This document shows, piece after piece, positions 20,333-29,809 of a stretch of 64,000 nt of DNA. The position numbers were made by a program, and so were the translations under genes. Each line of letters starts with the position of its first letter. The stretch's first letter is position 1. The DNA comes from Candidatus Bathyarchaeota archaeon (lineage in GTDB: Archaea; Thermoproteota; CALKCG01; B24; DRYS01). The stretch is taken from assembly GCA_018396535.1 (NCBI GenBank), contig JAGTQC010000002.1, forward strand, positions 192,001-256,000, in the 5' to 3' direction. The notes below the pieces were generated by a model. It worked only from the letters and a program-made list of their open reading frames with translations. It had not been told where the DNA came from and ran no database searches.

Positions 20333-21472
20333 TTATCCTCCAGCTCTAACTTTACTCCAGAATGCGAATAAACCCTCGAGAAACTCGCTAGAAGGTATAG
20401 TTGTATAGGTAGGCACATCTATGTAGAATTTAACACCGTTACTAGGATCGAATATACTTGTATCCATCTTTATGCCTTCCACACTTGGTCTAAACCCGTT
20501 TCTCATAGCTTCTATCTGAGAATACTCGCTTAGAAGGAAGGTTAGATAAATCTCAGCTAACCGTTTCTCTTCATCACTTACCCATGGAGCATTAAGTATA
20601 ACGTAAGGATGATCACATAGGAAAACACCTTCACTCGGATATATAGCTATAAGCTGATCATCCCACCTACTTTTAGCTGCAAGCGAATTATCTATTACAA
20701 CATTCTCATATACTATGAATATCTGTATAGCCTGAGGACCACTTTCAGCAGCCCATCTACCAAAGAACCCTGTACTCTTACCATACTTAACTGCAAGTCT
20801 CTCTAGGGATGCTACCCTTCTTTGAACAGATGGATCCATAAGATCTTCTATAGTTAGCATAGATATAGGTTTACCAGCTGCCGCAGCTACCTCCATAAGT
20901 AGAGCTGTTATACCACCATTACTTAACATGGGATCTGGATGACCATATCTAAATTCTACACCATTTTCGATTATACGGTATAGATCGCTTAAACCTGTTA
21001 TATTATAGCGTTCTGAGAATGATTTCCATATAGCGATAACTGTTGGAGAGTATACCAGAGGTATACCGTTTAGAGCTAGATCGTAGGCGTATCCTAAAGC
21101 TCTCCATTTAGAATTAAGATATGGTATCCATAACGATGATGCTGGACTCCAAGCGGTAGGCTTAACAACTCCATGTAGTATTAGGTTTACAGTTTCATGC
21201 GAACCAGCTACGATAAGCTTAACCCTAACATTCAATCCAAAAGATTCTCTAACCCACCTTTCAAATATAGGTGTCACCGTTTCTATCCAACTCTGTTTCT
21301 CACTAGTATAGAGGAAAGTTATCTCTAGCATATCGGTTGGGGTTAACTTGAGAAAATAGAGAATAGAAGAAAGCGAATATACAGCAGAAATTAGAAGGAA
21401 GAGTAGGAAGCCTATGATAACACCTAGTATAAACATGAGATACCCGCGTCTACCATATCCACGGCGTCTCAT
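20333..21472 (-). CDS. Membrane-anchored ABC substrate-binding protein (SBP type usually found with vWA domains)
   Basis: N-terminal TM; YTSEK, AGS, PTAWSPASS, HPDPMLSNGG, KSTG and DHPY..LNAPWV motifs; first gene of the ABC operon. Confidence 0.78.
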   Translation of the reverse strand: MRRRGYGRRGYLMFILGVIIGFLLFLLISAVYSLSSILYFLKLTPTDMLEITFLYTSEKQSWIETVTPIFERWVRESFGLNVRVKLIVAGSHETVNLILHGVVKPTAWSPASSLWIPYLNSKWRALGYAYDLALNGIPLVYSPTVIAIWKSFSERYNITGLSDLYRIIENGVEFRYGHPDPMLSNGGITALLMEVAAAAGKPISMLTIEDLMDPSVQRRVASLERLAVKYGKSTGFFGRWAAESGPQAIQIFIVYENVVIDNSLAAKSRWDDQLIAIYPSEGVFLCDHPYVILNAPWVSDEEKRLAEIYLTFLLSEYSQIEAMRNGFRPSVEGIKMDTSIFDPSNGVKFYIDVPTYTTIPSSEFLEGLFAFWSKVRAGG

Positions 21473-21648
21473 ATCCTTTAAACCCTTCCTCAGCTAATCT
21501 TTATCAAACCCTGTTTAAGCGTATCTAAGGGTTAGATTCTGAAAGAGAGATCTTCATAACTTTTATGCATACCTCGTTTATTTCTCTATTTTTTATATAC
21601 TCTACGAACTCTTAAATATCTTACCTAGGATAACCTGATAATATCTAG

Positions 21649-22326
21649 GTGGGTTTAAACTTGGCTTCAGGGCTTATAGGATGGCTATACGGTAGAAGGA
21701 AGAGCAGGCTTATATCAAGTGTTGTGAGACATTTAGAGTTAGCTACCAGATGCGTGGAAGATATATCTGAAGCTACACATAGAGCTCTAAATAACGATAA
21801 TCCTATCGATATACTCGAATTGTTGAACGAGAAGGAGAGAGAAGCCGATACGTATAGAAGGAGTATAATCTATGAGCTTTCTAAGAGCGAATTAACAGCG
21901 GAGGATAAGGATGATCTAAGCCATCTAGTAAAGAGAGTTGATATGATAGCTGATTATGCTAGAGGTGCCGGGAGAATATTATCTATCCTACCTAAACTCG
22001 GAGATCTACCAGTAGAGCTTAAATCATGTATAAGGGATATGGTTGAGCTACTAGTTAAGTGTGGTCAAGCTACACGTAGATGCGTTGAAACACTATTAGA
22101 GGATAAGGAGGAGGCGTTGAAGTATGCTGATAAAGTCGAGGAGATAGAAGAAGGTATCGATGAAGTCTATGGTCGATGTCGTAGACTCATAGTGGATAAC
22201 TCGGATAAGATGCCGGTTGCACATATAATCTTTCTTGTACAATTCCTAGATGCCTTAGAGAATACTGCGGATAGCTGTGAGGATACGGTCGATCAGGTTA
22301 GAGTTATAGCTATACATATAGGCTAG
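21649..22326 (+). CDS. DUF47/TIGR00153 PhoU-like phosphate transport regulator
   Basis: EREAD..RR, DMIAD, IEEGID and LENTADSCED helical repeats. Confidence 0.88.
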   Translation: MGLNLASGLIGWLYGRRKSRLISSVVRHLELATRCVEDISEATHRALNNDNPIDILELLNEKEREADTYRRSIIYELSKSELTAEDKDDLSHLVKRVDMIADYARGAGRILSILPKLGDLPVELKSCIRDMVELLVKCGQATRRCVETLLEDKEEALKYADKVEEIEEGIDEVYGRCRRLIVDNSDKMPVAHIIFLVQFLDALENTADSCEDTVDQVRVIAIHIG

Positions 22327-22372
22327 ATTTCACATCTATATCTTATGCATCAAAGTTGAAGGGTGCTGAAGC

Positions 22373-22633
22373 ATGTATAACCAGGTTACGATGATATCTA
22401 ATCAGAAACCTAAACTTATAGGTGCTCTTCTATTCGCTATTAGCATAGTATTCATAGCACTTCAAACTATACTTCTATTCTTCGTACCAGAGAACTTGAG
22501 TCTACTAGGAAAACCTATAAGCTGGTGGGCTCTAGCAGTACCAGTTTATCTAATAGTCGTTCTATTCTGGCTTGTAATCCTATGGATTGGATGGATTCTA
22601 ATGATGGAGAAAAGGATTCCATCAAGCGGATAA
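22373..22633 (+). CDS. Small 2-TM membrane protein (DPM2-like pattern)
   Basis: Two hydrophobic helices, LIGALLFAIS... and WALAVPVY...WIGWILM. Confidence 0.6.
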   Translation: MYNQVTMISNQKPKLIGALLFAISIVFIALQTILLFFVPENLSLLGKPISWWALAVPVYLIVVLFWLVILWIGWILMMEKRIPSSG

Positions 22634-22654
22634 CCTCGATTAAACCCTGAGATT

Positions 22655-24412
22655 TCATACAGGAATACCTAATTCGCTGAAGCTAACCCTACCCTCAAAA
22701 TAAATTCTAAGTTTATCTACAAGGTTAAGGGTATCTACCCTTACCTGACGCCACGTATCTCTATCTCTAAGAGTTACTGTACCATCTTCTAAGCTCCTAT
22801 AATCCACTGTTACAACTATCGGTATACCGATCTCATCAGCTCTCGCATACCTCCTCCCTATAGACCCGGATTCATCGTATTCAACCCTAAATCCTGCATC
22901 CTTTATAGATCTATAGATTTGGTAAGCCTTCTCTGGAAGACCATCCCTAGAAAGTAGTGGGTAGACCGCTATCTGTATAGGAGCTAGATCCTTAGGTAGC
23001 TTCAAAACTATACGTCCATCAACCTCGCTATAAGCGTACTCTAAAACTACGTAAAGCATCCTCTCTACACCGAAGCTAGGTTCGACTACATGTGCTATGA
23101 ATTTACGTCCACTCTCCTCATAATCCTCTTCGATGAATCTGATATCGCTAGACTCTATCCTATACCCTTCGATCTCTATCCACCCTTTCTCGGATACAGC
23201 TCTCTTAACATCGTATGGATCCATCCTACTTAGAGTAGCGATTATGGTCTTAGCCTCCTCCCTATACTTAGATCCTATCGATCTATAATCAGGTTTGACT
23301 ACAAGTTTCTTAGCCTTGATAGGGCTAGGATACTGTTTAAATACCGTAAGTTCTACTCCACTAAACCTTTGATGTCTACTTAGATCATAGTCTGTCCTAT
23401 AGTTGTGTCCAGAAACTTCAACCCAACCCCACCTAGATAGGTATACCTCCTGATCGAAGCCTTGTATAGAGTAATGCGCTCTCTCCGAATCAAGCTTCTC
23501 TATAAACCTCTGCTTATCATCGGGAACACCGAGTTCTCTGAGAAATCTCTTCGCAAGAGCCATAAAGTATGCGAGCCATTCGAGTTTGATTAAACCTTTA
23601 CCGATAGCTTCACCTACTGTTATAGTTATGGGTTCATCCAGCCCTTTAATCCTCTGTTCTGCTGTTAGTATTCTGAGCTCCTCGTTTTCTACTTCGCTTA
23701 TATATGGGCATGATCTATCCTCTGGATCGAAGAAGAATTCGAATTCAGCTATCGTAAACTCTCTAAGCCTTATAGGCCCCTGTCTAGGAGATATCTCATT
23801 CCTCAGAACCCTGCCTATCTGAGCTACACCAAATGGTAGGCTACCCCTATTATACTCTAATAACCTCTTAAACGCTATGAATATACCCTGAGCGGTTTCA
23901 GGTCTAGCATAACCTATATCACCAGATAGGGGTCCTATCCTAGTTTCGAACATAGTGAGAAAGTATTCTGGTTTACCAAGTTTAGAACCGCATTGAGGAC
24001 ATCTGATATCGTAGTTATAGACGAGCTTCTCTAGATCATCTAGCCCTAATCCTTCGAGTCTACTATCAGGTATGTTAACCGAGTCTTTTATAAGATGATC
24101 GAGTCTATAAGCTCTACCACAGCCCGTACATACGGTCATAGGATCTTTAAAATGTTCTAGATGACCAGATGCTTCAAATACTATTTTAGGAGATACTATA
24201 GGCGTCTCTATCTCTAGTAATCCAAGGCGATCTACGAAGAATCTCCTCCACTTATCCTCTATCCTCCTCTTGAGTATAACTCCTAGAGGTCCTAGATCTA
24301 TGAATCCTCTTACACCACCATATATCTCGTATGAATGCCATATGAAGCCTCTACGTCTAGCTAGATCCATAACCCTATCGTATAGATCCTCCATAGATAT
24401 ACCCTCTACCAT
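22655..24412 (-). CDS. glyS: Glycine--tRNA ligase (alpha2 type)
   Basis: RRGF, RPETAQG, RNEISPRQG, HVVEPSFG and GSIGRRYARADEIG motifs. Confidence 0.96.
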   Translation of the reverse strand: MVEGISMEDLYDRVMDLARRRGFIWHSYEIYGGVRGFIDLGPLGVILKRRIEDKWRRFFVDRLGLLEIETPIVSPKIVFEASGHLEHFKDPMTVCTGCGRAYRLDHLIKDSVNIPDSRLEGLGLDDLEKLVYNYDIRCPQCGSKLGKPEYFLTMFETRIGPLSGDIGYARPETAQGIFIAFKRLLEYNRGSLPFGVAQIGRVLRNEISPRQGPIRLREFTIAEFEFFFDPEDRSCPYISEVENEELRILTAEQRIKGLDEPITITVGEAIGKGLIKLEWLAYFMALAKRFLRELGVPDDKQRFIEKLDSERAHYSIQGFDQEVYLSRWGWVEVSGHNYRTDYDLSRHQRFSGVELTVFKQYPSPIKAKKLVVKPDYRSIGSKYREEAKTIIATLSRMDPYDVKRAVSEKGWIEIEGYRIESSDIRFIEEDYEESGRKFIAHVVEPSFGVERMLYVVLEYAYSEVDGRIVLKLPKDLAPIQIAVYPLLSRDGLPEKAYQIYRSIKDAGFRVEYDESGSIGRRYARADEIGIPIVVTVDYRSLEDGTVTLRDRDTWRQVRVDTLNLVDKLRIYFEGRVSFSELGIPV

Positions 24413-24496
24413 GTAACCTAGATTCTGAGAGATAGCTTATTATTAAACTGAACACTCTCTCCTTTATATGTCTAAACTCTGTATGAGGTTAAGTAG

Positions 24497-25240
24497 ATGA
24501 GGATTAGGAGAGGATCAGCTGATAAGCCTAGTAGGATGCAGGATATAGTAGAAGTCGTATACGATGAAGGTAGATGGAGGCTTCTATCGAATCTAAGATC
24601 CGAAGCTAGGGGTATACTAGAAGCGTTGCATAGGTATGGTGTAGATGGTTATATACATGGTAGTATAGCTAGAGGTGATGTAGATGAGTATAGCGATATA
24701 GATGTAGTTATACCTATAGTGGTAGGATCGCATAGAGTCGAGCTTGCTCTAGCTAATAGTGGGTATAGGATAGAAGCTAAAAGGATCGTTCAAGCTACAC
24801 CTAGGAGAGCTATAAAGGCGCATATATATCTAGATCTAGAGGGTAGGGTATGCGTAACATTCCCCCTAGTTAAGTTTACTAGGTTAGAATGGGAGTTTTA
24901 CAAGTTCGGCGGTATATTAGATTTGAATGGAGTATTAGCTGGATCGAGGGTTCCAGGTGTATCTAAGAGGTTAACTATGGTAGAGCCTACTAGCTACGGT
25001 CATATAGAGTATTCTATACTAGGATTTGAATCAGAAGCAGCTAGAAAGCTCGGTGTAAGTGAGGATATCGTTCGCGAAAGGATAGAGGTATTGACTAGAA
25101 GGGATAGGATAGGTAGGACTGGAGTATACCTATCCGAAGATATACCTATCGATGAGAGTTTCGAAGAAGCTTTAAGAGATATAGCATCTAGAGACCCGGC
25201 TGTTAGAAGGAAGATTAGGTCATCGATATATGAGGAGTGA
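24497..25240 (+). CDS. Archaeal Pol-beta-superfamily nucleotidyltransferase (COG2413-like)
   Basis: HGSIARGDV...SDID motif; IVQATP, EFYKFGG, RVPGVSKRL and GRTGV. Confidence 0.85.
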   Translation: MRIRRGSADKPSRMQDIVEVVYDEGRWRLLSNLRSEARGILEALHRYGVDGYIHGSIARGDVDEYSDIDVVIPIVVGSHRVELALANSGYRIEAKRIVQATPRRAIKAHIYLDLEGRVCVTFPLVKFTRLEWEFYKFGGILDLNGVLAGSRVPGVSKRLTMVEPTSYGHIEYSILGFESEAARKLGVSEDIVRERIEVLTRRDRIGRTGVYLSEDIPIDESFEEALRDIASRDPAVRRKIRSSIYEE

Positions 25241-25246
25241 ATAGGT

Positions 25247-26371
25247 ATGGATGGATTACCGATACTAATCCTATCAGCTCTGATGCTATCGCTACTATAC
25301 ATCGTATCTAGAAGGATAGATCTATCTAGATACGGGTTGGAAGTAGGACCGGTATACATAATGTTGAAGACGGAGAAGGCTATAAAACTACTCGATAGAT
25401 TAGCAGCTACCTCTAAGATGTTCTGGATAGTATACGGTAGGATAGGAGAGTATATAGGTATACCTCTATCAGTATCAGCTATGATATTCCTATCATGGAA
25501 TCTAGCAAGCTTCATAGTACCTGGAGGGGAGCCTAGCCCGATACTACCATTCCTACCTGGGGTAACTGTGGATATAGAGCTATTTCTATACCTCCTTATA
25601 CCTGTAGCTATAGCTATGCTCATACATGAGTTAGCTCATGGAGTTGTGATGAAGATCGAGAATATACCTGTGAAGAGCGCAGGCATATTCCTAGCTCTAC
25701 TATTCCTAGGAGCATTCGTCGAACCTGAGGAGGAATCCTATAGTAGAGCTGATAGGAGGATTCGGAGACGTATACTAGGAGCTGGTTCGTTAGCTAACCT
25801 TATGCTAGGTATAGCATCCATAATCCTCTACTCTACGTTATTCACAGCTCCTGAAGGACTTATAATCGCTGAGGTAGAATCTAGTAGTCCATTGAGGAGT
25901 CTAGGTGTTGATCGGTGGACGGTTGTATATTCTGTAGATGGCGTGAAGATGACTAGTATAAGAGAGTTTATGGATTATCTTAGAGGTAGGATCGATAGTT
26001 ACGTAACCATATATACTAGTACCGGATCCTATACTGTGAAGGTTTCTAGAGATCTAAGCTATGGCATAGGTGTAAGGCTATACTCTCAACCATATAGGAG
26101 GCTTCTAGGCTTGGATATAGCTCCGCTAAACTTCTACATCTCCATACTCCTAGCTGGGTTATACTTAGTGAATATAAGCCTAGCATTATTCAATATGCTT
26201 CCACTATACCCTCTAGATGGTGAAGGTTATATACTCAGCTTCCTACATCTCGGCGGTGATACTGGAAGGATTATCAGGATATCTATGAATATACTTATGC
26301 TTATACTACTCGTATCGAATATAGGTTTAACGGTTACTAGGATAGGATACTTGATAACGGTGAAGCCTTGA
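25247..26371 (+). CDS. Site-2 protease (M50) with PDZ-like insert
   Basis: HELAH, GAFVEP and FNMLPLYPLDG motifs. Confidence 0.92.
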   Translation: MDGLPILILSALMLSLLYIVSRRIDLSRYGLEVGPVYIMLKTEKAIKLLDRLAATSKMFWIVYGRIGEYIGIPLSVSAMIFLSWNLASFIVPGGEPSPILPFLPGVTVDIELFLYLLIPVAIAMLIHELAHGVVMKIENIPVKSAGIFLALLFLGAFVEPEEESYSRADRRIRRRILGAGSLANLMLGIASIILYSTLFTAPEGLIIAEVESSSPLRSLGVDRWTVVYSVDGVKMTSIREFMDYLRGRIDSYVTIYTSTGSYTVKVSRDLSYGIGVRLYSQPYRRLLGLDIAPLNFYISILLAGLYLVNISLALFNMLPLYPLDGEGYILSFLHLGGDTGRIIRISMNILMLILLVSNIGLTVTRIGYLITVKP

Positions 26372-27312
26372 AGTGTATTAGATGCGGAGGGGAGGCTGTA
26401 TATCGGAGAGTATACTCTGGAGAGGTATACTGTGCTAGACACTTCGTATCATCTATAGAGGATAAGGTTAGATCTACTATCAGAAGATATAGGATGCTGG
26501 ATATAGATGATAGGATAGCGGTAGGGGTATCTGGTGGAAAGGATAGTTTAACACTCCTAAGAATACTAGCGAAGATAGAGAAGAGCTTCCCTAAAGCTAA
26601 GCTATACGCTATAACTATCGATGAAGGTATAGAAGGATATAGGAGCGGATCTATAGAGCTAGCATCTAGAGAAGCATCTAGACTAGGAGTTGAGCATATA
26701 GTAGTATCCTTTGAAGAACTGTATGGTTCAACCCTAGATTCTATGGTTGAGGAGGCTGGTAGGAGGGGGTTGAAGCTTACACCATGCAGTATATGCGGGG
26801 TATTGAGGCGTAAAGCTCTAAACTATACGGCATCTAGGATAGGTGTGGATAAGCTTGCTACAGCTCATAACCTAGATGATGAAGCTCAAACATTCATAGT
26901 GAATATACTACATGGAGATCTATTCAGGCTAGTACGTACCAAGCCTGTAACAGATTATAGGAAGGGGTTTGTACAGAGGATAAAGCCTCTTAGAGAGATA
27001 CCTGAGAAGGAGATAGCGTTATACGCCTACCTTGAGGGTATAGAGTTTCAATCCGAGCCATGCCCCTATAGGGGTGTATCTCTTAGAAGCGATGTTAGGA
27101 TGTTCCTTAATATCATGGAGGATAAGCATCCAGGTATAAAATTCACTGTGGTTAGGATGTGGGATAGTATAAGATCGGTTATAGAAGAGAATCTACCAGA
27201 GGTTGAGCTTAGGAGATGTAGGTTATGCGGGGATCCATCGATATCTGATATATGCTCAGGATGTAGTATACTAGTATCCCTTGGTTTAAGAAGTTATCAA
27301 CCCCTAACCTGA
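26368..27312 (+). CDS. ttuA: tRNA 2-thiolation protein, TtuA/NcsA (TIGR00269) family
   Basis: N- and C-terminal zinc fingers; SGGKDS, CSICGVLRR, AHNLDD and CPY motifs. Confidence 0.88.
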   Translation: MKCIRCGGEAVYRRVYSGEVYCARHFVSSIEDKVRSTIRRYRMLDIDDRIAVGVSGGKDSLTLLRILAKIEKSFPKAKLYAITIDEGIEGYRSGSIELASREASRLGVEHIVVSFEELYGSTLDSMVEEAGRRGLKLTPCSICGVLRRKALNYTASRIGVDKLATAHNLDDEAQTFIVNILHGDLFRLVRTKPVTDYRKGFVQRIKPLREIPEKEIALYAYLEGIEFQSEPCPYRGVSLRSDVRMFLNIMEDKHPGIKFTVVRMWDSIRSVIEENLPEVELRRCRLCGDPSISDICSGCSILVSLGLRSYQPLT

Positions 27313-27620
27313 CCGTAGCGTCTAGGACGCTCCATATTCATCCTCCACTTATCTATGAATAACCTATCTACATCTATCTCGATACCCTGAGTCTTCTCCA
27401 CCAAGCCTATGAAATCTAGGATGTAGAATATGGTATCGATAAGCTCTTCGCATACCTTAAGCCAATCCATACCCTTCTTATAAGCATCAGCAGCTTCACC
27501 TAACTCTACGAAAGCCCATAGAAGCTTCTGGGTTAGAGCAGGTTCATCGTTAGGGAAGCCCTTAGCTTCCACTAGTTCTCTAACCATCCTCTTAGCTTCG
27601 TTAAAGCTTAGATTACACAT
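27297..27620 (-). CDS. MazG-like all-alpha NTP pyrophosphatase
   Basis: VELGEAAD...EELID motif. Confidence 0.8.
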   Translation of the reverse strand: MCNLSFNEAKRMVRELVEAKGFPNDEPALTQKLLWAFVELGEAADAYKKGMDWLKVCEELIDTIFYILDFIGLVEKTQGIEIDVDRLFIDKWRMNMERPRRYGQVRG

Positions 27621-27766
27621 ACCTAGATCGCTAGATTATTTTAGGAGGATTTAAGGTTGTAGTTGAGGTTTAGTATATTCTAGGAGGGCCCCCTCTGGTT
27701 TTTCCATAATTTCCCCTATGGCTCCCATCCATAGCCTATCCATAGATCTGTATATAGATCGTTTAT

Positions 27767-29125
27767 CTAGGGTTTGGATCCTGATAGTTTCTCAAACCAT
27801 TCTAGATCCTCATCCTCTATCCTCCTATACTCTACGATCCTCTTTTCTACAGCCTCCAACTCCTCTTCGAATATACGTTTCAACTCCTCTTCGAATCTAG
27901 CCGGATACTTGTAGGGCTCCTCTATCGTCAGGTATAGTATTCCTGAAGCTAGCCTACCGATTATGGATACCGTATACATTATAGTCATAGCTTCATGGAA
28001 TCCGTAGCCTAAGCCTGTAAGCTGATCTAGCAGGTATCCTCCTACCGTAGATCCTATGAAGGATGATGATCCAGCTATAGCGTTGTATAAGCTTGTATAG
28101 GATCCTCTCATACCCCTAGGCGATATATCGAGTAGGTATGCGGATAAAGCTACATCAGAAGCAGCGGTTAGTATACCTATCACAAAGTTCACTACTATAA
28201 GCTCATAGATAGAGCGAGCTATAGCATATATGAGAGGTATCAGGAATAAGCCAACCCTACCCAAGACTATGAGAGGCTTACGCCCAGCTCTATCAGCAAG
28301 CCTACCGGTAAACCTACGTACAATTATAGCTGTAGAAGCACTAACAACACTTAGAAGCGATACCTGAAACATATCAGCTCTAACAACCCTAACTATAGTT
28401 AACGTAAATAGAGGCCAGCTTAAACCCATAGAGAAGCCTTGAAACGTAGAAAGTATACAAAGCCTTTTAAAATACCTATTAGATTTCAAAGCCTTAACCC
28501 AATCCCTAATAGAGAATGAGTAAAACCCACGGATAGGCTCCTCCCCAACCTTAAAGATAGCTAAAGCCGCAGCTAGATTAAATACGAAACATAGGATTAA
28601 AGGTATACGATACATCTCCCCCACAGACCCGCCAACCCTATAGATGATATACCCGGATAGAATAGTCGCAGGCATACTACCTATAGAAGCCATAGCGTTA
28701 AGCCTAGCCATAACCCTACCACGATCAGATCCGCTAGAATACTCACCTAGAAGATAATTCGAAGCAGGAGCAGCCATAGCTAGAAGTACATAAGCAGATA
28801 ACACAACCAGTATGAAGCTTAACATATCGCTAGCAAAGATCAATAGTAGAAGAATAAACCCGTATAGCAGAGTACCGAGAGCTATAAAAAGTGTACAACG
28901 CTTAACCCTATCCACAACGAAACCCCAAGGTATCTGAGCTATACTAGGAGAAACAGAGTTTACAGCTTGAACAAAACCCAACTCCGTAGGCGTAGCTCCA
29001 AGCTGAGCTGCATAGATAGATATAAACGGGCTTACAAACCCAGATCCAAAAGATGATAGGAGAACCCTCCTATACAAAGCCTTCAACACACGCTCCCCAG
29101 ATCTCTCAAACCTAGATCCAGTCAT
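27767..29125 (-). CDS. MFS transporter (start reassigned to ATG 29125)
   Basis: 12-TM pattern; WGFVVDR and GRLADRAGRK motif A; the longer ORF extension overlaps the divergent gene. Confidence 0.88.
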   Translation of the reverse strand: MTGSRFERSGERVLKALYRRVLLSSFGSGFVSPFISIYAAQLGATPTELGFVQAVNSVSPSIAQIPWGFVVDRVKRCTLFIALGTLLYGFILLLLIFASDMLSFILVVLSAYVLLAMAAPASNYLLGEYSSGSDRGRVMARLNAMASIGSMPATILSGYIIYRVGGSVGEMYRIPLILCFVFNLAAALAIFKVGEEPIRGFYSFSIRDWVKALKSNRYFKRLCILSTFQGFSMGLSWPLFTLTIVRVVRADMFQVSLLSVVSASTAIIVRRFTGRLADRAGRKPLIVLGRVGLFLIPLIYAIARSIYELIVVNFVIGILTAASDVALSAYLLDISPRGMRGSYTSLYNAIAGSSSFIGSTVGGYLLDQLTGLGYGFHEAMTIMYTVSIIGRLASGILYLTIEEPYKYPARFEEELKRIFEEELEAVEKRIVEYRRIEDEDLEWFEKLSGSKP

Positions 29126-29259
29126 AACCACTAAACCGCTATACCGATAACAGAGAAAATCTATAAAAGCTAATCTATGGATATAGAAATGGATAGCAAA
29201 GCAGATATAGACACTTATAGAAGTGGATAGCTTCATAGAACTAGGAGGGTTACCGAAGA

Positions 29260-29796
29260 TTGAGGAGGGAGGTTGAAGGAAGAATACTAAGAATACTAGC
29301 AAATATAGGAGTAATAGCCCTCATAATGCTAGCCCTAAGCTTCCTAAACATAAACATACAATCGATACTAAGACTCATACCGCATGAAGGATTCACATTC
29401 ATAACAGCTATAACAGTTATGATAACAGTCATACTATTCTTCATAGCTCTAAGAATCATACTAGATCTCATAAGACTAGTAGATATAGCATCTAACACCC
29501 TACTAAAACGCATACCCGGATTCAACCCTGAAAAAAGCCCATCGATAATCAGAGCATTAAAAGAGATATCGATAGTATTCCTAGCAGCTATAGCGCTATC
29601 CATAGCTACACCACTAATAACATCCATACCGAGAATAGGAGGATGGATAAACATAGCGTTAACCATAACAGTATTCATATTCTCCCTAATACTACTATAC
29701 GATGCAGGGAAAACCCTATACGCAGCATTCGAATCATCGATACAAACACTCATAGATAGAATAACATTAAAAGATAATACAGAAACTAGACAATAA
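29260..29796 (+). CDS. Hypothetical 4-TM membrane protein
   Basis: Four hydrophobic helices; GGAGG upstream. Confidence 0.7.
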   Translation: MRREVEGRILRILANIGVIALIMLALSFLNINIQSILRLIPHEGFTFITAITVMITVILFFIALRIILDLIRLVDIASNTLLKRIPGFNPEKSPSIIRALKEISIVFLAAIALSIATPLITSIPRIGGWINIALTITVFIFSLILLYDAGKTLYAAFESSIQTLIDRITLKDNTETRQ

Positions 29797-29809
29797 AACT
29801 ATAAATCCA

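Noticed and set aside
27682-27706. GC hairpin followed by a T-run (GAGGGCCCCCTC...TTTTT)
   Set aside because: The loop is too short and the T-run is on the wrong strand for the flanking minus-strand genes
29126-29302. N-terminal extension of the MFS ORF
   Set aside because: It overlaps the divergent gene and promoter region; ATG 29125 gives a normal MFS
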